Assembly (NCBI GenBank): GCA_964016885.1
Contig: OZ024742.1
Coordinates: 372,992,001-373,056,000, forward strand
Direction: 5' to 3'
Length of the DNA: 64,000 nucleotides
Origin: Eledone cirrhosa
Taxonomy: Eukaryota
Shown: positions 1-14,890 of the stretch, piece by piece
Position numbering within the stretch: position 1 is the stretch's first letter
Layout: the number at the start of each line of letters is the position of its first letter
Notes under the pieces: model-generated
Told to the model about the DNA's origin: nothing
Databases searched by the model: none
The model's input: the letters and a program-made list of their open reading frames with translations, nothing else
Made by a program: the position numbers and the translations under genes

Positions 1-3000
1 ACTGTAAATCTCATTCTACATAAACTGTAAATCTCATTCTATATAAACTGTAAATCTCATTCTATATAACCTGTAAATCTCTTTCTATATAAACTGTAAA
101 TCTCTTGCTATAAACTGTAAATATCATTCTATATAACCTGTAAATCTCTTTCTATATAAACTCTGAATCTGATTCTATATAAACTGTAACTCTCATTTTA
201 TATAAACTGTGAATCTCATTCTATATAAACTGTATATCTCATTCTATATAAACTGTAAATCTCATTCGATAAACTGTAAATCTCTTCATATATAAACTGT
301 AAATCTCATTCTATATAAACTGAAAATCTCTTTCTATATAAACTGTAAATCTCATTCTATATAAACTGTAAATCTCATTCTATAAACTGTAAATCTCTTT
401 CTATCTAAACTGTAAATCTCATTCTACATAAACTGTAAATCTCTTTCTATATAAACTGTAAATCTCATTCTATATAAACTGTCAATCTCATTCTATATAA
501 ACTGTAAATCTATTTCTAAATAAACTGTAAATCTCATTCTATATAAACTGTGAATCTCATTCTATATAAACTGTAAATCTCACTCTATATAAACTGTAAA
601 TCTCATTTGATAAACTGTAAATCTCTTTTTATATAAACTGTAAATCTCATTCTATATAAACTGGAAATCTCTTTCTATAAACTGTAAATCTCATTCTATA
701 AACTGTAAATCTCTTTCTATATAAACTGTAAATCTCATTCTATATAAACTGTAAATCTCATTCTATGAACTGTAAATCTCCTTCTATATAAACTGTAAAT
801 CTCATTCTACATAAACTGTAAATCTCTTTCTATATAAACTGTAAATCTCATTCTATAAACTGTAAATCTCTTTCTATATGAACTGTAAATCTCATTCTAC
901 ATAAACTGTAAATCTCATTCTATATAAACTGTAAATCTCATTCTATATAAACTGTAAATCTCTTTCTAAATAAACTGTAAATCTCATTCTATATAAACTG
1001 TGAATCTCATTCTATATAAACTGTAAATCTCACTCTATATAAACTGTAAATCTCATTCGATAAACTGTAAATCTCTTTTTATATAAACTGTAAATCTCAT
1101 TCTATATAAACTGTAAATCTCATTCTATAAACTGTAAATCTCTTTCTATATAAACTGTGAATCTCATTCTATATAAACTGTATATCTCATTCTATATAAA
1201 CTGTAAATCTCATTCGATAAACTGTAAATCTCTTTTTATATAAACTGTAAATCTCTTTCTATATAAACTGTAAATCTCATTCTATATAAACTGTTAATCT
1301 CTTTCTATATAAACTGTAAATTTCATTCTATAAACTCTAAATCTCTTTCTATATAAACTGTAAATCTCATTCTATATAGAATGTAAATCTCTTTCTATAT
1401 AAACTGTAAATCTCATTCTATATAAACTGAATCTCATTCTATATAAACTGTAAATCTCTTTCTATATAAACTGTAAATCTCATTCTATATAAACTGTAAA
1501 TCTCCTTCTATATAAACTGTAAATCTCATTCTATAAACTGTAAATCTCTTTCTATATAAACTGTAAATCTCATTCTATATAAGCTGTAAATCTCATTCTA
1601 TTAACTGTAAATCTCATTCTATATAAACTGTAAATCTCATTCTATATAAACTGTATATATCATTCTATAAACTGTAAATCTCAGTCTATAAACTGTAAAT
1701 CTCTTTCTATATAAACTGTAAATCTCTTTCTATATGAACTGTAAATCTCTTTCTATATAAACTGTAAATCTCATTCTATATAAGCTGTAAATCTCATTCT
1801 ATGAACTGTAAATCTCTTTCTATATAAACTGTAAATCTCATTCTATATAAACTGTAAATCTCATTCTATGAACTGTAAATCTCTTTCTATATAAATTGTA
1901 AATCTCATTCTATATAAACTGTAAATCTCTTTCTATATAAACTGTAAATTTCATTCTATGAACTGTAAATCTCTTTCTATATAAACTGTAAATCTCATTC
2001 TATATAAACTGTAAATCTCTTTCTATATAAACTGTAAATCTCATTCTATATAAACTGTGAATCTCATTCTATATAAACTGTAAATCTCATTCTATTAACT
2101 GTAAATCTCTTTCTATATAAACTGTAAATCTCATTCTATGTAAACTGTATATATCATTCTATAAACTGTAAATCTCAGTCTATAAACTGTAAATCTCTTT
2201 CTATATAAACTGTAAATCTCTTTCTATATAAACTGTAAATCTCATTCTATATAAGCTGTAAATCTCATTCTGTGAACTGTAAATCTCTTTCTATATAAAC
2301 TGTAAATCTCATTCTACATAAACTGTAAATCTCATTCTATAAACTGTAAATATCTTTCTATATAAACTGTAAATCTCATTCTATATAAATTGTATATATC
2401 ATTCTATAAACTGTAAATCTCAGTCTATAAACTGTAAATCTCTTTCTATATAAACTGTAAGTCTCTTTCTATATGAACTGTAAATCTCTTTCTATATAAA
2501 CTGTAAATCTCATTCTATATAAGCTGTAAATCTCATTCTATGAACTGTAAATCTCTTTCTATATAAACTGTAAATCTCATTCTACATAAACTGTAAATCT
2601 CATTCTATAAACTGTAAATCTCTTTCTATATAAACTGTAAATCTCATTCTATATAAACTGTAACTCTCTTTCTATATAAACTGTAAATTTCATTATATAA
2701 ACTGTAAATCTCTTTCTATATAAACTGTAAATCTCATTCTATATAAACTGTAAATCTCTTTCTATATGAACTGTAAATCTCATTCTATATAAACTGTGAA
2801 TCTCATTCTATATAAACTGTAAATCTCTTTCTATATAAACTGTAAATCTCATTCTATATAAACTGTAAATCTCATTCGATAAACTGTAAATCTCTTTATA
2901 TATAAACTGTAAATCTCATTCTATATAAACTGAAAATCTCTTTCTATATAAACTGTAAATCTCATTCTATATAAACTGTAAATCTCATTCTATAAACTGT

Positions 3001-6000
3001 AAATCTCTTTCTATCTAAACTGTAAATCTCATTCTACATAAACTGTAAATCTCTTTCTATATAAACTGTAAATCTCATTCTATATAAACTGTCAATCTCA
3101 TTCTATATAAACTGTAAATCTATTTCTAAATAAACTGTAAATCTCATTCTATATAAACTGTGAATCTCATTCTATATAAACTGTAAATCTCACTCTATAT
3201 AAACTGTAAATCTCACTCTATATAAACTGTAAATCTCATTTGATAAACTGTAAATCTCTTTTTATATAAACTGTAAATCTCATTCTATATAACCTGGAAA
3301 TCTCTTTCTATAAACTGGAAATCTCATTCTATGAACTGTAAATCTCTTTCTATATAAACTGTAAATCTCATTCTATATAAACTGTAAATCTCATTCTATA
3401 AACTGTAAATCTCCTTCTATATAAACTGTAAATCTCATTCTACATAAACTGTAAATCTCTTTCTATATAAACTGTAAATCTCATTCTATAAACTGTAAAT
3501 CTCTTTCTATCTAAACTGTAAATCTCATTCTACATAAACTGTAAATCTCTTTCTATATAAACTGTAAATCTCATTCTATATAAACTGTAAATCTCTTTCT
3601 ATATAAACTGTAAATCTCATTCTATATAAACTGTGAATCTCATTCTATATAAACTGTAAATCTCTTTCTATATCAAATGTAAATCTCATTCTATATAAAG
3701 TGTAAATCTCATTCTATATAAACTGTAAATCTCATTCTATAAACTGTAAATCTCTTTCTATATAAACTGTAAATCTCATTCTATAGAAGCTGTAAATCCC
3801 ATTCTATTAACTGTAAATCTCTTTCTATATAAACTGTAAATCTCATTCTATGTAAACTGTATATATCATTCTATAAACTGTAAATCTCAGTCTATAAACT
3901 GTAAATCTCTTTCTATATAAACTGTAAATCTCTTTCTATATGAACTGTAAATCTCTTTCTATATAAACTGTAAATCTCATTCTATATAAGCTGTAAATCT
4001 CATTCTGTGAACTGTAAATCTCTTTCTATATGAACTGTAAATCTCATTCTACATAAACTGTAAATCTCATTCTATAAACTGTAAATCTCTTTCTATATAA
4101 ACTGTAAATCTCATTCTATATAAACTGTAAATCTCTTTCTATATAAACTGTAAATTTCATTATATAAACTGTAAATCTCTTTCTATATAAACTGTAAATC
4201 TCATTCTATATAAACTGTAAATCTCTTTCTATATAAACTGTAAATCTCATTCTATATAAACTGTGAATCTCATTCTATATAAACTGTAAATCTCTTTCTA
4301 TATAAACTGTAAATCTCATTCTATATAAACTGAAAATCTCTTTCTATATAAACTGTAAATCTCATTCTATATAAACTGTAAATCTCATTCTATAAACTGT
4401 AAATCTCTTTCTATCTAAACTGTAAATCTCATTCTACATAAACTGTAAATCTCTTTCTATATAAACTGTAAATCTCATTCTATATAAACTGTCAATCTCA
4501 TTCTATGTAAACTGTAAATCTATTTCTAAATAAACTGTAAATCTCATTCTATATAAACTGTGAATCTCATTCTATATAAACTGTAAATCTCACTCTATAT
4601 AAACTGTAAATCTCATTTGATAAACTGTAAATCTCTTTTTATATAAACTGTAAATCTCATTCTATATAACCTGGAAATCTCTTTCTATAAACTGGAAATC
4701 TCATTCTATGAACTGTAAATCTCTTTCTATATAAACTGTAAATCTCATTCTATATAAACTGTAAATCTCATTCTATAAACTGTAAATCTCCTTCTATATA
4801 AACTGTAAATCTCATTCTACATAAACTGTAAATCTCATTCTATATAAACTGTAAATCTCATTCTATATAAACTGTAAATCTCTTTCTAAATAAACTGTAA
4901 ATCTCATTCTATATAAACTGTGAATCTCATTCTATATAAACTGTAAATCTCACTCTATATAAACTGTAAATCTCATTCGATAAACTGTAAATCTCTTTTT
5001 ATATAAACTGTAAATCTCATTCTATATAAACTGTAAATCTCATTCTATAAACTGTAAATCTCTTTCTATATAAACTGTGAATCTCATTCTATATAAACTG
5101 TATATCTCATTCTATATAAACTGTAAATCTCATTCGATAAACTGTAAATCTCTCTTTATATAAACTGTAAATCTCTTTCTATATAAACTGTAAATCTCAT
5201 TCTATATAAACTGTTAATCTCTTTCTATATAAACTGTAAATTTCATTCTATAAACTCTAAATCTCTTTCTATATAAACTGTAAATCTCATTCTATATAAA
5301 CTGTAAATCTCTTTCTATATAAACTGTAAATCTCATTCTATATAAACTGAATCTCATTCTATATAAACTGTAAATCTCTTTCTATATAAACTGTAAATCT
5401 CATTCTATATAAACTGTAAATCTCCTTCTATATAAACTGTAAATCTCATTCTATAAACTGTAAATCTCTTTCTATATAAACTGTAAATCTCATTCTATAT
5501 AAGCTGTAAATCTCATTCTATTAACTGTAAATCTCATTCTATATAAACTGTAAATCTCATTCTATATAAACTGTATATATCATTCTATAAACTGTAAATC
5601 TCAGTCTATAAACTGTAAATCTCTTTCTATATAAACTGTAAATCTCTTTCTATATGAACTATAAATCTCTTTCTATATAAACTGTAAATCTCATTCTATA
5701 TAAGCTGTAAATCTCATTCTATGAACTGTAAATCTCTTTCTATATAAACTGTAAATCTCATTCTATATAAACTGTAAATCTCATTCTATGAACTGTAAAT
5801 CTCTTTATATATAAATTGTAAATCTCATTCTATAGAAACTGTAAATCTCTTTCTATATAAACTGTAAATTTCATTCTATTAACTGTAAATCTCTTTCTAT
5901 ATAAACTGTAAATCTCATTCTATATAAACTGTAAATCTCTTTCTATATAAACTGTAAATCTCATTCTATATAAACTGTGAATCTCATTCTATATAAACTG

Positions 6001-6164
6001 TAAATCTCTTTCTATATCAAATGTAAATCTCATTCTATATAAACTGTAAATCTCATTCTATATAAACTGTAAATCTCATTCTATAAACTGTAAATCTCTT
6101 TCTATATAAACTGTAAATCTCATTCTATATAAGCTGTAAATCTCATTCTATTAACTGTAAATCT

Positions 6165-7100
6165 CTTTCTATATAAACTGTAAATCTCATTCTATATAAA
6201 CTGTATATATCATTCTATAAACTGTAAATCTCAGTCTATAAACTGTAAATCTCTTTCTATATAAACTGTAAATCTCCTTCTATATGAACTGTAAATCTCT
6301 TTCTATATAAACTGTAAATCTCATTCTATGTAAGCTGTAAATCTCATTCTATGAACTGTAAATCTCTTTCTATATAAACCGTAAATCTCATTCTATATAA
6401 ACTGTAAATCTCATTCTATGAACTGTAAATCTCTTTCTATATAAGCTGTAAATCTCATTCTATATAAACTGTAAATCTCTTTCTATATAAACTGTAAATC
6501 TCATTCTATATAAACTGTGAATCTCATTCTATATAAACTGTAAATCTCTTTCTATATAAACTGTAAATCTCATTCTATGTAAACTGTAAATCTCATTCTA
6601 TGTAAACTGTAAATCTCATTCTATATAAACTGTAAATCTCTTTCTATATAAACTGTAAATCTCTTTCTATATAAACTGTAAATCTCATTCTATATAAACT
6701 GTATATATCATTCTATAAACTGTAAATCTCAGTCTATAAACTGTAAATCTCTTTCTATATAAACTGTAAATCTCCTTCTATATGAACTGTAAATCTCTTT
6801 CTATATAAACTGTAAATCTCATTCTATGTAAGCTGTAAATCTCATTCTATGAACTGTAAATCTCTTTCTATATAAACTGTAAATCTCATTCTATATAAAC
6901 TGTAAATCTCATTCTATGAACTGTAAATCTCTTTCTATATAAGCTGTAAATCTCATTCTATATAAACTGTAAATCTCTTTCTATATAAACTGTAAATCTC
7001 ATTCTATATAAACTGTGAATCTCATTCTATATAAACTGTAAATCTCTTTCTATATAAACTGTAAATCTCATTCTATGTAAACTGTAAATCTCATTCTATA
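6165..7100. repeat. Local ~498-bp tandem duplication (also present in the second 13.8-kb copy, ~20010-20950)
   Basis: CTATGTAAGCT variant at 6330 and 6828, with the same order of flanking variants (TATATATC, CAGT, CTCCTT..ATGAAC, TTTCTATATAAGCT). Confidence 0.75.
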
Positions 7101-9605
7101 TAAACTGTAAATCTCTTTCTATATAAACTGTAAATCTCTTTCTATATAACCTGTAAATCTCTTTCTATATAAACTGTAAATCTCTTGCTATAAACTGTAA
7201 ATATCATTCTATATAACCTGTAAATCTCTTTCTATATAAACTCTGAATCTGATTCTATATAAACTGTAACTCTCATTTTATATAAACTGTGAATCTCATT
7301 CTATATAAACTGTATATCTCATTCTATATAAACTGTAAATCTCATTCGATAAACTGTAAATCTCTTTATATATAAACTGTAAATCTCATTCTATATAAAC
7401 TGAAAATCTCTTTCTATATAAACTGTAAATCTCATTCTATATAAACTGTAAATCTCATTCTATAAACTGTAAATCTCTTTCTATCTAAACTGTAAATCTC
7501 ATTCTACATAAACTGTAAATCTCTTTCTATATAAACTGTAAATCTCATTCTATATAAACTGTCAATCTCATTCTATATAAACTGTAAATCTATTTCTAAA
7601 TAAACTGTAAATCTCATTCTATATAAACTGTGAATCTCATTCTATATAAACTGTAAATCTCACTCTATATAAACTGTAAATCTCATTTGATAAACTGTAA
7701 ATCTCTTTTTATATAAACTGTAAATCTCATTCTATATAAACTGTAAATCTCTTTCTATAAACTGTAAATCTCATTCTATAAACTGTAAATCTCTTTCTAT
7801 ATAAACTGTAAATCTCATTCTATATAAACTATAAATCTCATTCTATAAACTGTAAATCTCTTTCTATATAAACTGTAAATCTCATTCTATATAAACTGTA
7901 AATCTCTTTCTATATAAACTGTAAATCTCATTCTATATAAACTGTAAATCTCATTCTATATAAACTGTGAATCTCATTCTATATAAACTGTATATCTCAT
8001 TCTATATAAACTGTAAATCTCATTCGATAAACTGTAAATCTCTTTTTATATAAACTGTAAATCTCATTCTATATAACCTGGAAATCTCTTTCTATAAACT
8101 GGAAATCTCATTCTATGAACTGTAAATCTCTTTCTATATAAACTGTAAATCTCATTCTATATAAACTGTAAATCTCATTCTATGAACTGTAAATCTCCTT
8201 CTATATAAACTGTAAATCTCATTCTACATAAACTGTAAATCTCTTTCTATATAAACTGTAAATCTCATTCTATAAACTGTAAATCTCTTTCTATATGAAC
8301 TGTAAATCTCATTCTACATAAACTGTAAATCTCATTCTATATAAACTGTAAATCTCATTCTATATAAACTGTAAATCTCTTTCTAAATAAACTGTAAATC
8401 TCATTCTATATAAACTGTGAATCTCATTCTATATAAACTGTAAATCTCTTTTTATATAAACTGTAAATCTCATTCTATATAAACTGTAAATCTCATTCTA
8501 TAAACTGTAAATCTCTTTCTATATAAACTGTGAATCTCATTCTATATAAACTGTATATCTCATTCTATATAAACTGTAAATCTCATTCGATAAACTGTAA
8601 ATCTCTTTTTATATAAACTGTAAATCTCTTTCTATATAAACTGTAAATCTCATTCTATATAAACTGTTAATCTCTTTCTATATAAACTGTAAATTTCATT
8701 CTATAAACTCTAAATCTCTTTCTATATAAACTGTAAATCTCATTCTATATAAACTGTAAATCTCTTTCTATATAAACTGTAAATCTCATTCTATATAAAC
8801 TGAATCTCATTCTATATAAACTGTAAATCTCTTTCTATATAAACTGTAAATCTCATTCTATATAAACTGTAAATCTCCTTCTATATAAACTGTAAATCTC
8901 ATTCTATAAACTGTAAATCTCTTTCTATATAAACTGTAAATCTCATTCTATATAAGCTGTAAATCTCATTCTATTAACTGTAAATCTCATTCTATATAAA
9001 CTGTAAATCTCATTCTATATAAACTGTATATATCATTCTATAAACTGTAAATCTCAGTCTATAAACTGTAAATCTCTTTCTATATAAACTGTAAATCTCT
9101 TTCTATATGAACTGTAAATCTCTTTCTATATAAACTGTAAATCTCATTCTATATAAGCTGTAAATCTCATTCTATGAACTGTAAATCTCTTTCTATATAA
9201 ACTGTAAATCTCATTCTATATAAACTGTAAATCTCATTCTATGAACTGTAAATCTCTTTCTATATAAATTGTAAATCTCATTCTATATAAACTGTAAATC
9301 TCTTTCTATATAAACTGTAAATCTCATTCTATATAAACTGTAAATCTCTTTCTATATAAATTGTAAATCCCATTCTATATAAACTGTGAATCTCATTCTA
9401 TATAAACTGTAAATCTCTTTCTATATCAAATGTAAATCTCATTCTATATAAACTGTAAATCTCATTCTATATAAACTGTAAATCTCATTCTATAAACTGT
9501 AAATCTCTTTCTATATAAACTGTAAATCTCATTCTATAGAAGCTGTAAATCTCATTCTATTAACTGTAAATCTCTTTCTATATAAACTGTAAATCTCATT
9601 CTATG

Positions 9606-12600
9606 TAAACTGTATATATCATTCTATAAACTGTAAATCTCAGTCTATAAACTGTAAATCTCTTTCTATATAAACTGTAAATCTCTTTCTATATGAACTG
9701 TAAATCTCTTTCTATATAAACTGTAAATCTCATTCTATATAAGCTGTAAATCTCATTCTGTGAACTGTAAATCTCTTTCTATATAAACTGTAAATCTCAT
9801 TCTACATAAACTGTAAATCTCATTCTATAAACTGTAAATCTCTTTCTATATAAACTGTAAATCTCATTCTATATAAATTGTATATATCATTCTATAAACT
9901 GTAAATCTCAGTCTATAAACTGTAAATCTCTTTCTATATAAACTGTAAATCTCTTTCTATATGAACTGTAAATCTCTTTCTATATAAACTGTAAATCTCA
10001 TTCTATATAAGCTGTAAATCTCATTCTATGAACTGTAAATCTCTTTCTATATAAACTGTAAATCTCATTCTACATAAACTGTAAATCTCATTCTATAAAC
10101 TGTAAATCTCTTTCTATATAAACTGTAAATCTCATTCTATATAAACTGTAAATCTCTTTCTATATAAACTGTAAATTTCATTATATAAACTGTAAATCTC
10201 TTTCTATATAAACTGTAAATCTCATTCTATATAAACTGTAAATCTCTTTCTATATAAACTGTAAATCTCATTCTATATAAACTGTGAATCTCATTCTATA
10301 TAAACTGTAAATCTCTTTCTATATAAACTGTAAATCTCATTCTATATAAACTGTAAATCTCATTCGATAAACTGTAAATCTCTTTATATATAAACTGTAA
10401 ATCTCATTCTATATAAACTGTCAATCTCATTCTATATAAACTGTAAATCTATTTCTAAATAAACTGTAAATCTCATTCTATATAAACTGTGAATCTCATT
10501 CTATATAAACTGTAAATCTCACTCTATATAAACTGTAAATCTCATTTGATAAACTGTAAATCTCTTTTTATATAAACTGTAAATCTCATTCTATATAACC
10601 TGGAAATCTCTTTCTATAAACTGGAAATCTCATTCTATGAACTGTAAATCTCTTTCTATATAAACTGTAAATCTCATTCTATATAAACTGTAAATCTCAT
10701 TCTATAAACTGTAAATCTCCTTCTATATAAACTGTAAATCTCATTCTACATAAACTGTAAATCTCTTTCTATATAAACTGTAAATCTCATTCTATAAACT
10801 GTAAATCTCTTTCTATATGAACTGTAAATATCATTCTACATAAACTGTAAATCTCATTCTATATAAACTGTAAATCTCATTCTATATAAACTGTAAATCT
10901 CTTTCTAAATAAACTGTAAATCTCATTCTATATAAACTGTGAATCTCATTCTATATAAACTGTAAATCTCACTCTATATAAACTGTAAATCTCATTCGAT
11001 AAACTGTAAATCTCTTTTTATATAAACTGTAAATCTCATTCTATATAAACTGTAAATCTCATTCTATAAACTGTAAATCTCTTTCTATATAAACTGTGAA
11101 TCTCATTCTATATAAACTGTATATCTCATTCTATATAAACTGTAAATCTCATTCGATAAACTGTAAATCTCTTTTTATATAAACTGTAAATCTCTTTCTA
11201 TATAAACTGTAAATCTCATTCTATATAAACTGTTAATCTCTTTCTATATAAACTGTAAATTTCATTCTATAAACTCTAAATCTCTTTCTATATGAACTGT
11301 AAATCTCTTTCTATATAAACTGTAAATCTCATTCTATATAAGCTGTAAATCTCATTCTGTGAACTGTAAATCTCTTTCTATATAAACTGTAAATCTCATT
11401 CTACATAAACTGTAAATCTCATTCTATAAACTGTAAATCTCTTTCTATATAAACTGTAAATCTCATTCTATATAAATTGTATATATCATTCTATAAACTG
11501 TAAATCTCAGTCTATAAACTGTAAATCTCTTTCTATATAAACTGTAAATCTCTTTCTATATGAACTGTAAATCTCTTTCTATATAAACTGTAAATCTCAT
11601 TCTATATAAGCTGTAAATCTCATTCTATGAACTGTAAATCTCTTTCTATATAAACTGTAAATCTCATTCTACATAAACTGTAAATCTCATTCTATAAACT
11701 GTAAATCTCTTTCTATATAAACTGTAAATCTCATTCTATATAAACTGTAAATCTCTTTCTATATAAACTGTAAATTTCATTATATAAACTGTAAATCTCT
11801 TTCTATATAAACTGTAAATCTCATTCTATAAACTGTAAATCTCTTTCTATATCAACTGTAAATCTCATTCTATATAAGCTGTGAATCTCATTCTATTAAC
11901 TGTAAATCTCTTTCTATATAAACTGTAAATCTCATTCTATATAAATTGTATATATCATTCTATAAACTGTAAATCTCAGTCTATAAACTGTAAATCTCTT
12001 TCTATATAAACTGTAAATCTCCTTCTATATGAACTGTAAATCTCATTCTATATAAACTGTAAATCTCATTCTATATAAACTGTAAATCTCATTCTATAAA
12101 TTGTAAATCTCTTTCTATATAAACTGTAAATCTCATTCTATATAAGCTGTAAATCTCATTCTATTAACTGTAAATCTCTTTCTATATAAACTGTAAATCT
12201 CATTCTATATAAACTGTATATATCATTCTATAAACTGTAAATCTCAGTCTATAAACTGTAAATCTCTTTCTATATAAACTGTAAATCTCTTTCTATATGA
12301 ACTGTAAATCTCTTTCTATATAAACTGTAAATCTCATTCTATATAAGCTGTAAATCTCATTCTGTGAACTGTAAATCTCTTTCTATATAAACTGTAAATC
12401 TCATTCTACATAAACTGTAAATCTCATTCTATAAACTGTAAATCTCTTTCTATATAAACTGTAAATCTCATTCTATATAAATTGTATATATCATTCTATA
12501 AACTGTAAATCTCAGTCTATAAACTGTAAATCTCTTTCTATATAAACTGTAAATCTCTTTCTATATGAACTGTAAATCTCTTTCTATATAAACTGTAAAT

Positions 12601-14890
12601 CTATTTCTATATAAGCTGTAAATCTCATTCTATGAACTGTAAATCTCTTTCTATATAAACTGTAAATCTCATTCTACATAAACTGTAAATCTCATTCTAT
12701 AAACTGTAAATCTCTTTCTATATAAACTGTAAATCTCATTCTATATAAACTGTAAATCTCTTTCTATATAAACTGTAAATTTCATTATATAAACTGTAAA
12801 TCTCTTTCTATATAAACTGTAAATCTCATTCTATATAAACTGTAAATCTCTTTCTATATAAACTGTAAATCTCATTCTATATAAACTGTGAATCTCATTC
12901 TATATAAACTGTAAATCTCTTTCTATATAAACTGTAAATCTCATTCTATATAAACTGTAAATCTCATTCGATAAACTGTAAATCTCTTTATATATAAACT
13001 GTAAATCTCATTCTATATAAACTGTCAATCTCATTCTATATAAACTGTAAATCTATTTCTAAATAAACTGTAAATCTCATTCTATATAAACTGTGAATCT
13101 CATTCTATATAAACTGTAAATCTCACTCTATATAAACTGTAAATCTCATTTGATAAACTGTAAATCTCTTTTTATATAAACTGTAAATCTCATTCTATAT
13201 AACCTGGAAATCTCTTTCTATAAACTGGAAATCTCATTCTATGAACTGTAAATCTCTTTCTATATAAACTGTAAATCTCATTCTATATAAACTGTAAATC
13301 TCATTCTATAAACTGTAAATCTCCTTCTATATAAACTGTAAATCTCATTCTACATAAACTGTAAATCTCTTTCTATATAAACTGTAAATCTCATTCTATA
13401 AACTGTAAATCTCTTTCTATATGAACTGTAAATCTCATTCTACATAAACTGTAAATCTCATTCTATATAAACTGTAAATCTCATTCTATATAAACTGTAA
13501 ATCTCTTTCTAAATAAACTGTAAATCTCATTCTATATAAACTGTGAATCTCATTCTATATAAACTGTAAATCTCACTCTATATAAACTGTAAATCTCACT
13601 CGATAAACTGTAAATCTCTTTTTATATAAACTGTAAATCTCATTCTATATAAACTGTAAATCTCATTCTATAAACTGTAAATCTCTTTCTATATAAACTG
13701 TGAATCTCATTCTATATAAACTGTATATCTCATTCTATATAAACTGTAAATCTCATTCGATAAACTGTAAATCTCTTTTTATATAAACTGTAAATCTCTT
13801 TCTATATAAACTGTAAATCTCATTCTATATAAACTGTTAATCTCTTTCTATATAAACTGTAAATTTCATTCTATAAACTCTAAATCTCTTTCTATATGAA
13901 CTGTAAATCTCTTTCTATATAAACTGTAAATCTCATTCTATATAAGCTGTAAATCTCATTCTGTGAACTGTAAATCTCTTTCTATATAAACTGTAAATCT
14001 CATTCTACATAAACTGTAAATCTCATTCTATAAACTGTAAATCTCTTTCTATATAAACTGTAAATCTCATTCTATATAAATTGTATATATCATTCTATAA
14101 ACTGTAAATCTCAGTCTATAAACTGTAAATCTCTTTCTATATAAACTGTAAATCTCTTTCTATATGAACTGTAAATCTCTTTCTATATAAACTGTAAATC
14201 TCATTCTATATAAGCTGTAAATCTCATTCTATGAACTGTAAATCTCTTTCTATATAAACTGTAAATCTCATTCTACATAAACTGTAAATCTCATTCTATA
14301 AACTGTAAATCTCTTTCTATATAAACTGTAAATCTCATTCTATATAAACTGTAAATCTCTTTCTATATAAACTGTAAATTTCATTATATAAACTGTAAAT
14401 CTCTTTCTATATAAACTGTAAATCTCATTCTATAAACTGTAAATCTCTTTCTATATCAACTGTAAATCTCATTCTATATAAGCTGTGAATCTCATTCTAT
14501 TAACTGTAAATCTCTTTCTATATAAACTGTAAATCTCATTCTATATAAATTGTATATATCATTCTATAAACTGTAAATCTCAGTCTATAAACTGTAAATC
14601 TCTTTCTATATAAACTGTAAATCTCCTTCTATATGAACTGTAAATCTCATTCTATATAAACTGTAAATCTCATTCTATATAAACTGTAAATCTCATTCTA
14701 TAAATTGTAAATCTCTTTCTATATAAACTGTAAATCACATTCTATATAAGCTGTAAATCTCATTCTATTAACTGTAAATCTCTTTCTATATAAACTGTAA
14801 ATCTCATTCTATATAAACTGTATATATCATTCTATAAACTGTAAATCTCAGTCTATAAACTGTAAATCTCTTTCTATATAAACTGTAAAT
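9606..14890. repeat. 2604-bp tandem duplication nested inside the 13.8-kb unit (repeated at ~23500-28620)
   Basis: AACTCTAAATCTCTTTCTATATGAAC at 11276/13880 and AGCTGTGAAT at 11883/14487, both at offset 2604. Confidence 0.85.
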
